From Octopus sinensis (lineage: Eukaryota), in NCBI RefSeq assembly GCF_006345805.1, contig NC_043012.1:51584001-51648000 (forward strand): DNA of 64,000 nucleotides, read 5' to 3'. Position 1 is the first letter of the stretch; every line of letters begins with the position of its first letter. The notes below the pieces were generated by a model. It was not told where the DNA came from. It saw only the letters and a list, made by a program, of their open reading frames with translations, and made no database searches. Positions 27,097-41,140 of this stretch are shown piece by piece. Both the position numbers and the translations under genes were made by a program.

Positions 27097-27566
27097 ACAC
27101 AAACACACACATACACACACACAAAAACACGCACATTCACATAAGCGTTTGTTAAGAAATTATATTTCGTACTGTAATTATTTTGTTAGCCAAAGCTAGG
27201 CTTTATCCAGTAGACCTATGATGAAAAGAAATTCAGCTGTGTGTAAATAAACAGGTCTTTCTATTATATTTCATGTTTTCATGCGTAATATATCTTAGAA
27301 TACATATTTTACTCCCCCAATTGAAACGTTATGCTGCAGTTTGAGCTTGACTTTGCGGCTTTTTTCTACGGGTTCATTTACAAACACCTCTGACTCTTCA
27401 ATGTATCGTATCTTTGATTCCCCTTATACATATGATAATTACAATCATATAATTTCAATAAATGTAGTGAGATTAATTAAGGGAAGGTTATACTCATATT
27501 ATATATATATATATATATATGTGTGTGTGCATGTATGTATGTATATATATATACAGTTATATACAG

Positions 27567-27636
<70 letters not shown>

Positions 27637-27665
27637 GCTAGCTAGATATACATATATATATATGC

Positions 27666-27704
<39 letters not shown>

Positions 27705-27759
27705 AATATATATATATACTTATGCATATGTGTGAATACATATACATATGGGTATATTT

Positions 27760-27807
<48 letters not shown>

Positions 27808-27817
27808 ACACACACTT

Positions 27818-27849
<32 letters not shown>

Positions 27850-28134
27850 TTGTATTGACGTTGAATAATCAGTGATTTACGATTATGTTTCTGGATGCTG
27901 CTGCGCTTCACATCTCTCATTTATTTTCAATGGTTGAACTTAATGTTTTTCTTTTTCTTTTGAAATTTTGCTAATTTTCGAATTTGTATTATCCGTTTGT
28001 ATTTATTCAGGCATTCATTAGTAGTTGCTTATCTTTCATTTGAATGGCAAACAAACATTTACAGACCAGCAACGAGAGGAAATAAAATAAAGAAAATGAA
28101 TGTGCGGGGAAAACAAATAAATAGAGAGGAAGGA

Positions 28135-28173
<39 letters not shown>

Positions 28174-28392
28174 CATATAGGCGGAAACAGATTGGGTACA
28201 ATAAAGAAACAGGATAAAATGACCGAATGAAAGAACAAAGACAGGAAGGGACAATATAAGAACTCAATACATAACATTGGAGAAAGAAAAAGAAAGAAAG
28301 GAAGAAACGAAGCGTGGAGAGTGAAAACACAGAAAGAGAAAAGCAGTATAAAATACAGCTATAAGAGAAACTTAAAAGATGTTGATGGGGAG

Positions 28393-28423
<31 letters not shown>

Positions 28424-29050
28424 AAAAGAAAGAAAGAGAAAAAGAAAGAAAGAAAGAGAGAAAGAACGAAGGAGGGGAAGAAACAATAAGAAAGTGAGAC
28501 AGGATGGTAGCTTTGATTTGTTTTAGAATAAAGGGAATCGTTCCTGAAAATCCCATATGCGTCTATATTTAGGACTACGAAATACAATGTTTTCCTCCTG
28601 CTTGAAGAGCAAGTGTGTTTCGCTGCTATTTCTTCTCGTCTCTTAGACCCTGTAAATGCCTTCTCGCCATCTCTCTCTCTCTCTATCTCTCTCTCTCTCT
28701 CTCTTACATTACTGCCTGAGTGAATATTGGGGAAAGGAGAGCAAGTAGCTGAGGTCTGTGATATAAATAAATGTGTTGGAAGAAGGAAGGGGACAACTGA
28801 AATGCATTGAATGTGACAACGTCATCGAGTGAAAAGAATAAGTGGGAAGACGAGCCTAGGTTTCTAAATGTGATAAACTATATATGTTGGCGAGTATGTT
28901 TCTCTGTGTGTGATTGCACGTGTGTATATGTGTGTGTGTGTGTGCTTGTGTCTCTGGGCATGTTTGTGATTGGATGTGTGTGTGTATGTTTATACATATT
29001 CCAGTTTTGACAATTAAACCCAGTCAATATATATATATATATATATATAT

Positions 29051-29533
29051 AGGAGATAAATAAAAATATATGCATACATACAAACATATATGTACGTACC
29101 TACATCTACATGTATATATACATGCATATATAAATAATTATACGGGAGTACAGGACATCACAATAAGACGTAGAAACGGAAACAGCCAAAAAACAAAAAA
29201 ACAAGAAAACGGAAAACGAAAAACAAGAAAACGAAAAACAAATACAGGACGAGCTACACAAGGACAAAACCCCCGTCATCAGCTGTCGCTAGAGGAGTCA
29301 GGCATGTTTCGAAGGCATAACAGAACACTAATCCAATAGGCCTTCCTGCGAGAGAATTAAAATAAAATTTCAAGCAGCGGGGCAAAATGAGTACGAACAC
29401 AAACAAGACGTAACAATAAGACTGCAAAATTAAAATACATGTACAAAAACAAACACAAGAGGACGAACGAAAAGGGAAGCTTTATGAAAATAAACAAAAG
29501 ACGAAGGCAGGTGGAAAACAAACAAACAATTAT

Positions 29534-29589
<56 letters not shown>

Positions 29590-30083
29590 ATAGGAGATAA
29601 ATAAAAATATATGCATACATACAAACATATATGTACGTACCTACATCTACATGTATATATACATGCATATATAAATAATTATACGGGAGTACAGGACATC
29701 ACAATAAGACGTAGAAACGGAAACAGCCAAAAAACAAAAAAACAAGAAAACGAAAAACAAGAAAACGGAAAACGAAAAACAAGAAAACGAAAAACAAATA
29801 CAGGACGAGCTACACAAGGACAAAACCCCCGTCATCAGCTGTCGCTAGAGGAGTCAGGCATGTTTCGAAGGCATAACAGAACACTAATCCAATAGGCCTT
29901 CCTGCGAGAGAATTAAAATAAAATTTCAAGCAGCGGGGCAAAATGAGTACGAACACAAACAAGACGTAACAATAAGACTGCAAAATTAAAATACATGTAC
30001 AAAAACAAACACAAGAGGACGAACGAAAAGGGAAGCTTTATGAAAATAAACAAAAGACGAAGGCAGGTGGAAAACAAACAAAC

Positions 30084-30086
<3 letters not shown>
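29051..30086. repeat. Near-identical tandem duplication of a (TA)n-bounded repeat unit
   Basis: Units 29051-29530 and 29592-30086 appear identical apart from one extra 15-bp internal repeat (GAAAAACAAGAAAAC) in the second. Confidence 0.92.
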
Positions 30087-30145
<59 letters not shown>

Positions 30146-30169
30146 GCATACATATATATATATATATAA

Positions 30170-30248
30170 CTCTCTTTTAACTCTTATAATTGTTTCAGTC
30201 ATTTGACTGCGGCCATGCTGGAGCACCGCCTTTAGTCGAGCACATCGA
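30170..30248 (-). mobile_element. 3' tail fragment of the OR2/Nin-like SINE
   Basis: TGTTTCAGTCATTTGACTGCGGCCATGCTGGAGCACCGCCTTTAGTCGAG is the reverse complement of the tail type at ~49400-49460. Confidence 0.85.
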
Positions 30249-30252
30249 TAGA

Positions 30253-31322
30253 TATGTTTCTTTATTAGCCACACAGGGCTGCACACAGACAGGACAAATT
30301 ACAAGGTAGAGCTTTTCTTTTGGGGGTAAAAAAAGGGGGTTTGGTTTTCGATCAAAAGGGATCGTAAAAATAGGGGAGGAAAAAAAGGGAAAGGAAAAAA
30401 AATTATCAATAGGGTTCGTTATCACAGAAATGTCAATATGAAGTGTAAAGGGGAAGACAGGTGAGGTTTACCCGTGGAAAGAAAAGCCTACGGAGAAGAC
30501 CACGGTAACCCCGGTCAATGAAGTCACATGTTATATTTCTTTTTTCTTGCAAATAAGCAACTCTCTGTATTAATTTTTACGGTTCATAGAATCATAGTCA
30601 AGGTGGCTTCGTCATTCATACGTGCCATCCTTGTTACATTCACCCATCTTTTTTTAAAACATTCACTAGACAAAACTTGCCTCTCTACTCTCACTTTCCT
30701 TTTCAAGTGATACTTGAAGAAGTTGATGAGAGATTGACCAGAGAGGAAAGTGTCTGTCTCTAATCCTTTCAGGCGCGTCCACCAGATACATTCTTTCGCC
30801 ATAGCTACAAGTATGATAAAAATAGCTCTTCCTCCCGTTTGAAGGTAGGAGGCGTGACGATATTAACGATAGACTCGGCTGATAAACCGACACGTCCCAC
30901 ACGTGACAGCAGTCGTTCGACATAAGCCCACAGGTGGGCGATTGCGTGCAGAACGGTTTCGTCGTTCTGCCCGCATCTCGGGCAGGTCGGCCCCGTGTTT
31001 CTCGAGCCATGCCTATAGAGCTTATCCCGAACGGGTAGCGCTTCTCGGTAGCACCGCCAGGCCAGGGATCTCTGGAAGTTGTCCATAGGTCCCAGTCCGA
31101 AAGTTGTTTCAAACAGGCGGGTCAGGTATTCCTCGTCGACGCCCAGGTTTGCCCCAAGATCGTCGTCGTACCTCGCCTCCACTAATCCCTTATAGAATGC
31201 TTTGGTTGTGTTGAAGTTACTCAAGGTCGACCCGGCACGGCAGAGTTACTTGAGAGGAACGCAACACTCGCGGTGCCATTCGCCCTTCCTCGTCCTCTTT
31301 TTGATCCACGACTGCAGTTCGG
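30253..31322 (-). mobile_element. 5'-truncated Tx1/L1-clade LINE, ORF2 C-terminus (zf-RVT) plus 3' UTR
   Basis: FQRSLAWRCYREALPVRDKLYRHG..TCPRCGQNDETVLH then MAKECIWWTRLKG..FFKYHLKRKVRVER..F.KRW. AATAAA near the 3' end (TTTATT at 30261-30266). Confidence 0.85.
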
Positions 31323-31635
<313 letters not shown>

Positions 31636-31654
31636 ATGTTTGTGCGTGGGTGTG

Positions 31655-32048
31655 TGGTAAGATGTTTCTTTTCCAGCCAAATGGTTCCGGATTCAGTTCT
31701 ACTGTGTAATGCGTTGGGTGTTTTCCACTATAGCTTTCTATTGATCAAAGCCTTGTGAGAGAAATATGTTTGTCGTAGATTAAAATATGCACGACGCATA
31801 TGTGTCTATGTGCGTGCGTGTGAGGGCGTGAGTGTATTTATATATGGTTTTGTGTCTGCGTTGCCCCCTGTCACCGTTTGACAACAGGTTTTCGTGTGCT
31901 TACGTCAAAGTAATTCAACGGTTAGGCAATAGAAACTGTTAAAATAAGAACCATGTCCAAGCAAAAGGTCGGGGTTGATTCGTTTCCCTAAAATTCTTTG
32001 AAGTGGTGCCCCAGGTGGCCGAAGTCTAATGACTGAAACCAGTAAAGT
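31655..32048 (+). mobile_element. Diverged OR2/Nin-like SINE
   Basis: AAATGGTTCCGGATTCAGTT, CAAAGCCTTGTGAG and tail GGCCGAAGTCTAATGACTGAAACCAGTAAA homologous to 1075-1512. Confidence 0.7.
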
Positions 32049-32060
32049 AAGATATATATA

Positions 32061-33255
32061 CAGGGTGCGTAAGTTATTTGAGGACATTACATTTTTAGGT
32101 CATTGTTGCAATTTTTGTTAACTTTGTCTGATCTTTATTTCAGAAAATAATATCGGCAGAACCTCAGCTTAATGAAGAAATGAAGAGGTAGTCTGTTATT
32201 GGGATTATAAAGGCTGAGCATAGAGATTTAGAAATATCACGATTTTTAAAAGTTGCCAGGTCTTTCATCTACAAAGTTTGTAAGGAGCAAGAGTGAAAGA
32301 TGGAAAAGTATCACCAGTATACTTTTCTGTTCTAGGCAAAAGGGTCGAAATTTTAGGGGAGGGGCCCAGTCAATTAGATCTACCTCAGTACGTAACTGAT
32401 ACTTAATTTATCGAGCCCGAAAAGATGAAAGGCAAAGCCGACCTAGGCGGAATTTGAACTCAGAACGTAAAGACAGACGAAATACGGTCAAGCATTTCGT
32501 CCGGCGTGCTAACGTTTTTGCCACTCGGTGCCTTCGAAAAATGCAGCAGAAGATTTGATTTGATTTTTCTCAAACGAGTAAAATTTCGACCAAGATCAAA
32601 AAGTTAACAGAAGAAACGACAGATTCTTGTGTGCAGATCCTTCAGGAGTTTCAAGTGATATGCATACAAAATTCCATGCAACTGTCATGAATTTAGGGCT
32701 TGTCAACAATGAACGACATGTGATGCCTCCTTACTTACTTCTTTCTACAAGGCGTTAGAGGTCCTGGAAGCAATTGTTAATCCTTCGATAGACAGTGTAT
32801 ACACTGCAAGTCCATATGTGTTTCTGTAATGTTCTGCACTATCACACATGGCTCTAGTAACACAGGAATAAATGACTGAAAAATTTCATGATCACATAAC
32901 CCCTAACGTTTGGGCTACTAATACCCCAGATCTCAATCCATTGGACAATTACACGTGGAGCGTTGTTGAGAGAGAGGCCAATGAACACGCCCGTAACACC
33001 AAAGATTCTTCGAGAGCTGCACTAGAGTAATGTACAAAATGAACCACGACTTCTAGATTCCAGCATGTAGACGATTTAGATCTTATATGGAAACAGTTGT
33101 GGAAGCTGAAGGTGGCTTTATTGAATAACATTATAAAAACGGTTTACTTTTATCCTCATAGAATTTTTTGATAAATAAAGTTACCTGTTATTATATTTCT
33201 TTTGTTTTTATTTTTTACAAACATAAATCCGTCCTCAAATATCTTACGCACCCTG
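32061..33255 (+). mobile_element. maT (DD37D-like) transposon with both TIRs and TA TSD; transposase decayed
   Basis: TA|CAGGGTGCGTAAGTTATTTGAGGAC ... GTCCTCAAATATCTTACGCACCCTG|TA. Remnants KF.ATVM.LG.V.NE.HVMPP and PDLNPLD.YTWSVVERE. Confidence 0.9.
32330..32534 (-). mobile_element. CORE-type SINE nested in the maT transposon
   Basis: GAAAGGCAAAGCCGACCTAGGCGGAATTTGAACTCAGAACG and GCATTTCGTCCGGCGTGCTAACG interrupt the transposase region. Confidence 0.85.
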
Positions 33256-33831
33256 TATATATATAAGTTACATATACATGTTGATCTATATAAAATTCAG
33301 CACTTCTTTGTTGTCTGCACGTTTTGAATATTTCCTCACGCATACGCGTTGGATACGCTGTTCTATATATATATATATACCCAAATCAGGTGTTTCTTCG
33401 TGTGAATTGTTGTTATTTACCTTAATGTCAAATCAACCTTAATGGAGTCATAAAATTAAAGATTTTCCCTCAATAATAAACTTTTTTTCTTTTTGTTTTT
33501 TTGTTTTTTGTTGTTTTTTTTGTCTGCCCTGGATTATGCTATTCAATTTCAAATAAATGGGGAAAAGAAAAGATGGTTTATTTCATTACATTGACGACAT
33601 TTGACTGCTATTTCTAACTTGCCATCTTGACTTCCAGAAATTCGTATATTAGACACCTTTTCCGATTTCTCGGAAATTATGTATGATTGTGAATGCTTGT
33701 ATGCATATTTCAATATATGATAAATTTTGTATGAAACTATGTCTATGATTTGAGTGAAACATCTAACGATATGTGTTAGTATTTGAAATGAAATATTTGT
33801 GAGTAGGTGTATATGTATGAACTGATATATC

Positions 33832-34052
33832 TTATTTCTTTATTGCCCACAAGGGGCTAAACATAGAGGGGACAAACAAGGACGTACTAAGGGATTAAGT
33901 CGATTACATCGACCCCAGTTCTTCAGTGGTACTTAATTTATCGACCCCGAAATGATGAAAGGCAAAGTCGACCTCGGCGGAATTTAATCTCAGTACGTAG
34001 CTGCAGACAAAATACCGCTAAGCATTTCACCCGGCGTGCTAAATTTTCTGCC
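33832..34052 (-). mobile_element. CORE-type SINE
   Basis: Close match to 45528-45762 over most of its length. Confidence 0.88.
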
Positions 34053-34428
34053 AGATATCTGAATGCACGATCGAGTGTGCATGTGTGCATGTATTCATGT
34101 TTGTATGTGTATATGCGCGCGCGCGTGTGTGTGTGTATATGTGTGTGTTTGTTTATACGTGCGTATGTGTGAATTGATACTTAAGAAACTGTGTGACTGA
34201 TACATCTAATGTGTTTAAATGCTACGAAGATCGAAAATGAGTGTGCGTGTATGAAATATTATATCCGAAGGTATAATTGCGGGGCTGTGTATGAAATAAT
34301 AAGTCTAAAATTGTCTCCATGCATGATCTAATATATCTGAAGTCATGTATGTTTGTGTGTATGTATGTTTATGCTTGTGTGTGTGCGCGTTTGTGGGCGG
34401 GTATATGTGATCAGTGTGTATGTAAACA

Positions 34429-34498
<70 letters not shown>

Positions 34499-34940
34499 GA
34501 TTTCTGTATCTACGCATGTATCGAAACATCTGCACTTGTAAAGCTCTGTGTAAACTGATAAGCCTGAAGTTGTGTGACTTTCTATGAAATAATATGTCTG
34601 AAGGAGGGCGGTGTTTAGTGTAAATAAGACAGAAAAGTGTGTGTCTGAGTGCCTCTAAGTGACCAGATAATTGTGAATGTATTTAGATTACTATATAACT
34701 GTGTATGTAGATTACTGCTGAGACGAGAGAGAAAGTGAAACTAAGAAGCAGCGAGATTTATTTAAGGTAAAAGACAAAATGAAGAGAAGCAAAGAGAAAA
34801 ATAAGGAACTTATAGATTTGTTGTTATTGAGAATTATATCCCAGGTCATCCTCCATCGATTAGATATATATATTCAAAGGCATCTCTGTAATGTCTGCCG
34901 TGTCCTATATGCAAACATTGAAATAATGTATATATATTCT

Positions 34941-34976
<36 letters not shown>

Positions 34977-35785
34977 AGCGCGAGCGTACACACACACACA
35001 CACACACGCGCATACAAAAATAAATATCTTGAATCTTTACTAGTTCCAGCTATTTGATCATTAGACTGCTGCCATGCTGGAGCACACCAATGAAGAATTT
35101 TAGTAGATCGAACCAAACTCCCTTTTAAAAAAATTTTGAAACCGGATATTTCTTCTCTTTTGGCAACCGCTAGGGTACAAGGATTTAAACACAACCAATG
35201 CAGGGCGAGCAAAGACATAGATAGACACAAACATAAGAATATGACTACATTATCAAATCTATATATTTTGAAATTAAAAAGCAATAGGGAGGAATTTGAT
35301 GGAGATTTATCTGCCATGCCTCTTCGCACTAGTGACTACATATGGGGTATATGTTTGGATTGAAGCTAAATTATGATTGCTGTTTTTATAGATTACCCAA
35401 AGCTCAAATCCTAGTGAAGCAAATCTATGCTAAAATCATTCGATCGTTAGTCATCCCATTTCTTGAGGCGTATGTAGGAGTGTTTTAGCTAATGTGTCTT
35501 TCATTTTAAGCCTGTAGGGTGTGATTAAACGCAGATCTGGCCGATATATCTAGCGGGTTGATCAAACACGTAGATGCTGCCTCGTAAGCTCAGATAGGGA
35601 TTTGTGAATGATTGTGAAAGCTAACGTACGAGCGTTTGTATGAATGAGTAAGCAAGCATTATGCAACGCGAACTGATTAGAAAACAACACAAAGAGTGAT
35701 AAAGAGGGTAGAGTGGTAAAAGTGAGGAAGAAAAATAACAGGGTTCGAGCAAAAGGGGGAAGGATGATAAACAAAGAGAGGTCAT

Positions 35786-35911
35786 ATGTGCGAGGGCAGC
35801 AGCAGCAGCAGCAGTAGTAGTAGTAACAGCAGCAGCAGCAGCAATAGCAGCAGTAGTAGTAGTAGTAGTAGTAGTAGCGGCAGCAGTAGCATCAGTAGCA
35901 GCAGCAGTGGC

Positions 35912-35949
<38 letters not shown>

Positions 35950-36040
35950 CCGTAGTAGTACTAGTAGTAGTAGTAGTAGTAGTAGTAAGCAGCAGTAGTA
36001 GTAAGCAGCAGTAGTAGTAGCAGCAGCAGCAGCAGAAGCA
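35786..36040. repeat. (AGC)n/(AGT)n trinucleotide array
   Basis: Read directly; gives the poly-S and poly-T/A ORFs. Confidence 0.95.
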
Positions 36041-37167
36041 GCATTTGTTGTGGTGGTGGAGTAAACGCAATGGATACGTGAAGAGGATAACTTGAAGGGT
36101 ATATAGAGATATAGTGACTCGCATTATAATCGCTACGCTTGGGAAGAGCAATGAGTTGAGGTAAAGGAGACAAGGGGATGGTTCAAAAAGTGAGATACAA
36201 TACAGAAGAGGACAGCACCATCAATTAATCGAGTCAGGTTTATATACACACACATATATATATATATATTCATACTAATTACAGACGTTGGGAAAGTAGT
36301 GAGAAAACAGCTAGGTATAGGAGAGGAAATTTTGTTGGCGCATTGTTATCTTTTATCGGGCCGAACCATGATCAAACGCATTCCAACTATGACCATCCCG
36401 TCTTTGTTTATATTAGAAATAATGCTGCCCTATGTATTTTGTTCTTTTTATTTTTTTTTTTTTTTTTTCAGAATTAAAAATAAAAGACGCGAAGTGATAA
36501 GGAAAGGACTACGGAAAGATAGACATCGATAATGAAAATGAAAGTGTTGCAGTGAAAAGGAAATAAAAGTATTTGCTTTGTAAAATATAAAACAAACAAT
36601 AATAAATAAACGAGACGGAACGACTATAGGGAGAGAAATGGAAGATTTCTGGACAAATTGTAGGCGAAAGAAATAAAAGCAGTTAACAGGAAGCATTAAC
36701 TCGATAATACAAATACATATGATATTAGAAGTGAATAGAAGCTCTTGTAATACGTCATTGTTAAAGGCTGACAAAGAAGTGAGGCGTGCGGATCATTAAT
36801 AACCGGGAAACAAAGGAAAGGGTGATGGGGGATAATGAAATACAAAGTAAGAAAGAAACAAACAGATAAATAGCAGCGAAACGGATAGTGGGTTGATTTA
36901 AATAAATAATTTAGTAGATTGTCAGAAAATAATTGCGCCAACTTCCCTGTCATTTGGTTACATCAATTTCTATTTATATGTATTTACGTGTGTTGTTGTA
37001 TCTTTTTGTTTTTTTTTAGTTATTTTCAGCATTTTATCTTTTGTCGTAATTCTTGTTTATATTTTCTGTTTCTTTTGTTTATGTCTTTGTAATGTTAAAG
37101 TCTTTATTTTTTTATCGCTAGTATCCATTATTATTTATTTAATATCAATTACATTCCGCATACTCAT

Positions 37168-37235
<68 letters not shown>

Positions 37236-37287
37236 AATATATTTATATGTATATATATATGTATAATATATATATATATATATATAT

Positions 37288-37318
<31 letters not shown>

Positions 37319-39369
37319 CACATGTATATATATATGCATATATATATATATTATATATATATATATATATTTATTGAAAGAGAGAGAGAGAGAGAGATTC
37401 ATACATATGTGTATACATAGATAATGCATGTATATGCATAAACACATGCATATGTGTATAAAGTCTGTGTGCCTGTGTATGCATATATATATATATATAT
37501 ATATATATGCATGTATGTTTGTCTACGTTTATGCATATTTGTATATATAAAAGTTTACGTCAATAAGTGAAAGAAAATAATTATATATATTTGTATATAT
37601 ATATATATATATATATGTATATGCATTACCGCACGACTGAAACCATTAAAGGAATAAAGGAACAAAAGAATATGTATACACACATACAGACACACAAACT
37701 TATATATATGTATATATACTCGTATACTTTTACTTGAACGAAAATAATTTAAATAAATCAACAATATGTCTGCTGTGGTATATTCTAAGCATTTCGTTGT
37801 TTTGATTCGCATTCACGTATTTGGACATTCTTTTGTCTTCACCGAATTTCTTTGTACATGAGTGTGTGCGTTTATTATTTATACTCATGCATAAACACAT
37901 AGACACACACACACACGCACACACATACACACACACATATATGCACACACATACTCATTCATTTTTGGTGGGATCATCTTTCTCGAGAGAGCGTTTAATC
38001 AGTTTTTCGCTGTACTCTAATTTGACAACGAAATTGCGACACATTTTCCAGACATGAAAGAGAAGAGAATAGCATTTTTCTGAATCTTACTTGCGTTTAC
38101 CCTAATGCTCTTTTATTTATATTTAATCAATGGTCCTCAACCGTTTTTTTTTTACTTATGGGTCCCTTTGACTTCTTTTGTATTCTATTGGACCACCATA
38201 GTCATCCGATGTTTAAAAACTAATTTTATAAATGCATTTTTTCAAAATTCCTGTTTTGGTATTTACACATTCACTTGTGTATGTTCAATTGAGTAAAATG
38301 AGAAGGAAAAAAGCTTGCTGCTTCTTGCAGTAAATACGTATAAATCAGAACATTGGCGTGGACATTTAATGCACTAGTGTGTATTCCCAATTTAAGATTT
38401 TGGTTCCATGTACACCACAAAAATCTTGGATTATATAAAGATCTTCGCCCGTTAACAAAAAAAATTAAAGATATACAAACAGCCTGCTGGGTGTTAACAA
38501 CTGTGTAGAAAACGAATATGACAAAAAAAAATGCACAAACGAACCTGGGGCGTGGGGAGAGGGCTTCGGACAATTCACAAGATCAGAATTTTCCGTCATG
38601 ACTTTCGGGAAATTATAAATTTAGTGATTTGTTTTTTTACGGAATCTCACGTTTTTGGTCATGAAGGATCCGATTCTGAAAAACATTTTTTTTCAAAATT
38701 CGTGTTTTCAAAATTGTAATTTTCCGGCCTTGGCCTTCAAGCACGCTATCCATATGCTAGAAATAACAGCTAAATCTCACGAAACAACGATAAAATTATG
38801 AAAGAGATATGTAATCAATCTTCTCAGCTTTCTGCAAAGATTTCTTTCAGAGGAATTTCCCGCAGTAATATGACAAAGTAATTCACGTGAAGTTAAAGTA
38901 TTTTTGTTTTTAAGCTTTTCCGATTTTTTAAAAATCAATCTACATGGGAAAATGCAGCGGTTACGAATATGGGGAAAAAAATAACTACAAATTCAAAATT
39001 TAATTTCAATTTTTTAATGAAAATCTCCGACCCACAATCACCCTCACCTCCCCGCCATCCCGCTATCTAAAAGTTAAAATGAACGGTTGTGTTGCCTGTT
39101 TCTGTAAGCGTTATAGTGAAAGGATCACGGCAAGTGCCCGGTCACTAAAACGAAAAAAAGAAAAAAACAGTCTAACAGGTGTTCATTAAGTTTTCGCAGT
39201 TTTGTGAGATTTTGCTGTTATTTCTAGCATACAGATAGCCTGCTTGAAGTCCAAGTTCGTAGAGTTGGAAGGGGAGTAGGTTGGGGCATATATTTATTAT
39301 TTTATTGTTGAAAAATTGAAATTTTACAAACAAATTTTTTTCAGAATCCTAATTGTATGTTTCTACGTA

Positions 39370-40272
39370 TCACTCCTTTTCGATTCACTAAAGTGGGTCT
39401 TTTTTTCTTCAAAGTTTGGTTCAAACGCTTTAATTGCTGACAGTAGACTTGAGCGTTGATTGTTGCATTAGGCGGTACCAATTCAAAGAGCATTACTCCT
39501 TTGCAATCCCACCAGATATAGAGAAGAAACTTTTTCCTGTGAAGTTCCCTTCTCAGTTGTGGTTGAACTTTTTCCCTTTCACCAAGCCACTGTTTACGAC
39601 ATTTAACATTTCGACAGAAGATCCATTTTTCGTCACCAGTCACAAGTCTATTCAAGAAGGGTGAAATGAGAACAGGTTGTGAAATGGAGAACAGAGCAGA
39701 TGTCAACTCGAGATTTGCGGTTGCTTTAGGACAATTGACGAGGCACCCATTTTCCAAGTTTAGGAAGCTTTCCAAGTTTTTGAAGATGACGATGAACAGT
39801 TGTATGGTTTGAACTAAGCTATATTGCCAATTCCTCAGCTGATAATGCAGGATTTTCTTCAAGTAATGCCTCAAGGAGCTTATCAGAAAACCCAACTGGA
39901 CGTCCTGTTCGATCTTCGACTTCAAGGCTGAAATCTCTACTTCTAAATTATGTAAACCATCTTCTGCAAGTTCTTTCATTCAAACATTATTTCCCATAAA
40001 CTGAGTGTATGCTTGGAGTCGCATCGGCTGCAGAGTTTCCGTTTTTGTACTCATAACGCATTATGTGCCTCAAATGCTTTTTGGATTCTTCCATGTTAGA
40101 AAGGGTTTTAATTTTAATCCTATTATTCTGTAAAATAATGTTTAATTAATTTAAATGTACACAAATGCATAAAAATAGTTTTTAATTCCATTAGACATTC
40201 TAAAATACTATCAAATTTCATTCAATTTTAAAACAAGGTAAAATCGGACAGAACTTATGGCATGACATGATA
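39370..40272 (-). mobile_element. Mariner transposon, 5' TIR and N-terminal two-thirds of a decayed transposase
   Basis: ATG at 40094: MEESKKHLRHIM.YEYK.G..AA..CRRWF..FRS.DFSLE..R.GRP, then LVTGDEKWIF..K.LLYIWWDCKGV.LFEL..TINAQVYCQQL. Truncated near 39370; TIR-like end at ~40245-40272. Confidence 0.9.
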
Positions 40273-40299
40273 CATGCAGTACAGTTCCTATCTTTACAG

Positions 40300-41140
40300 G
40301 GGATTCTACTAAAAGGATAGGTTCTACCGATTAGGGATTTGATAGGGATGCCTGACCCATTCTACAACCTTAATTATTAGCATAAGTTTGTCTAGGGCCC
40401 TTCTCAAGCGGTACGCTTTTCGCCTCTAGGGGTGGTGTCGATGAACATGATACTCTGGTATTTGTGGCTATCATATCATGAGTTGGCCTTCTCTATTTTC
40501 TTCGTAGTCCTTTCAATGGTGTTCCATGACTTGGTCCTATAGTGGACAAATCCCATTCCTATCGCTACGTATGATAGTTTCAAATTTCCTCATGACTCCT
40601 TTATATACTCTGATCCTTTCTCTATGGCTGTATACTGAGAACTGCATACGATGAACGAAAAGTTGTATGTGTTTCTTTATATCCGTAGGGTCGCACATGC
40701 GGGACACATTTCTCATTACTCTGATGAGGTCTGCCATCAATATATTGAAATTTGGCATTGTCCATGACAGCTGAGTTCCGGTGGATCAGGTATTTGGAGG
40801 TCATAAGTTTGGCATAGTGTGAATGAAGTGTTCGGGTTTTATTATTCACTTTTTCCAGCCAGAGTTCTATATCAAGTACTGGTAGTCTATGGTTATTGTG
40901 TTACGTAGGATAGTCTATCGTGACCTGGTGGATGAGGTTGGCTATTTACTGGATGCTCTCTATAGTATTAACTTCTATTTCTATTTCAAGTACTCTCTAG
41001 AAAGGTGCTTTACCACTACGTTGACATCATCGACATAGCGAGAGTACATGTCCATGAGTATGGAGTTGTGTGTCAGGCGTTCTTTAAGTCCTCTGTCCCA
41101 CTATACCATGAAAATGTTGGCCACATGTGTGTACCGTTGG
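40300..41140 (-). mobile_element. Penelope-like element (PLE) reverse transcriptase fragment, decayed
   Basis: VANIFMV*WDRGLKERL..MYSRYVDDVNVV, LPVLDIELW, LHSHYAKLMTSKYLIH, NILMADLIRVMRNVS..RMQFS..D..G.CPL. Confidence 0.85.

Noticed and set aside
35621-36151. Poly-T/A and poly-S ORFs
   Set aside because: Direct translations of the (AGC/AGT)n array.
39341-39979. 212-aa ORF as an intact protein
   Set aside because: Only its C-terminal half is in the mariner transposase frame; the rest is out-of-frame sequence from the same decayed element.
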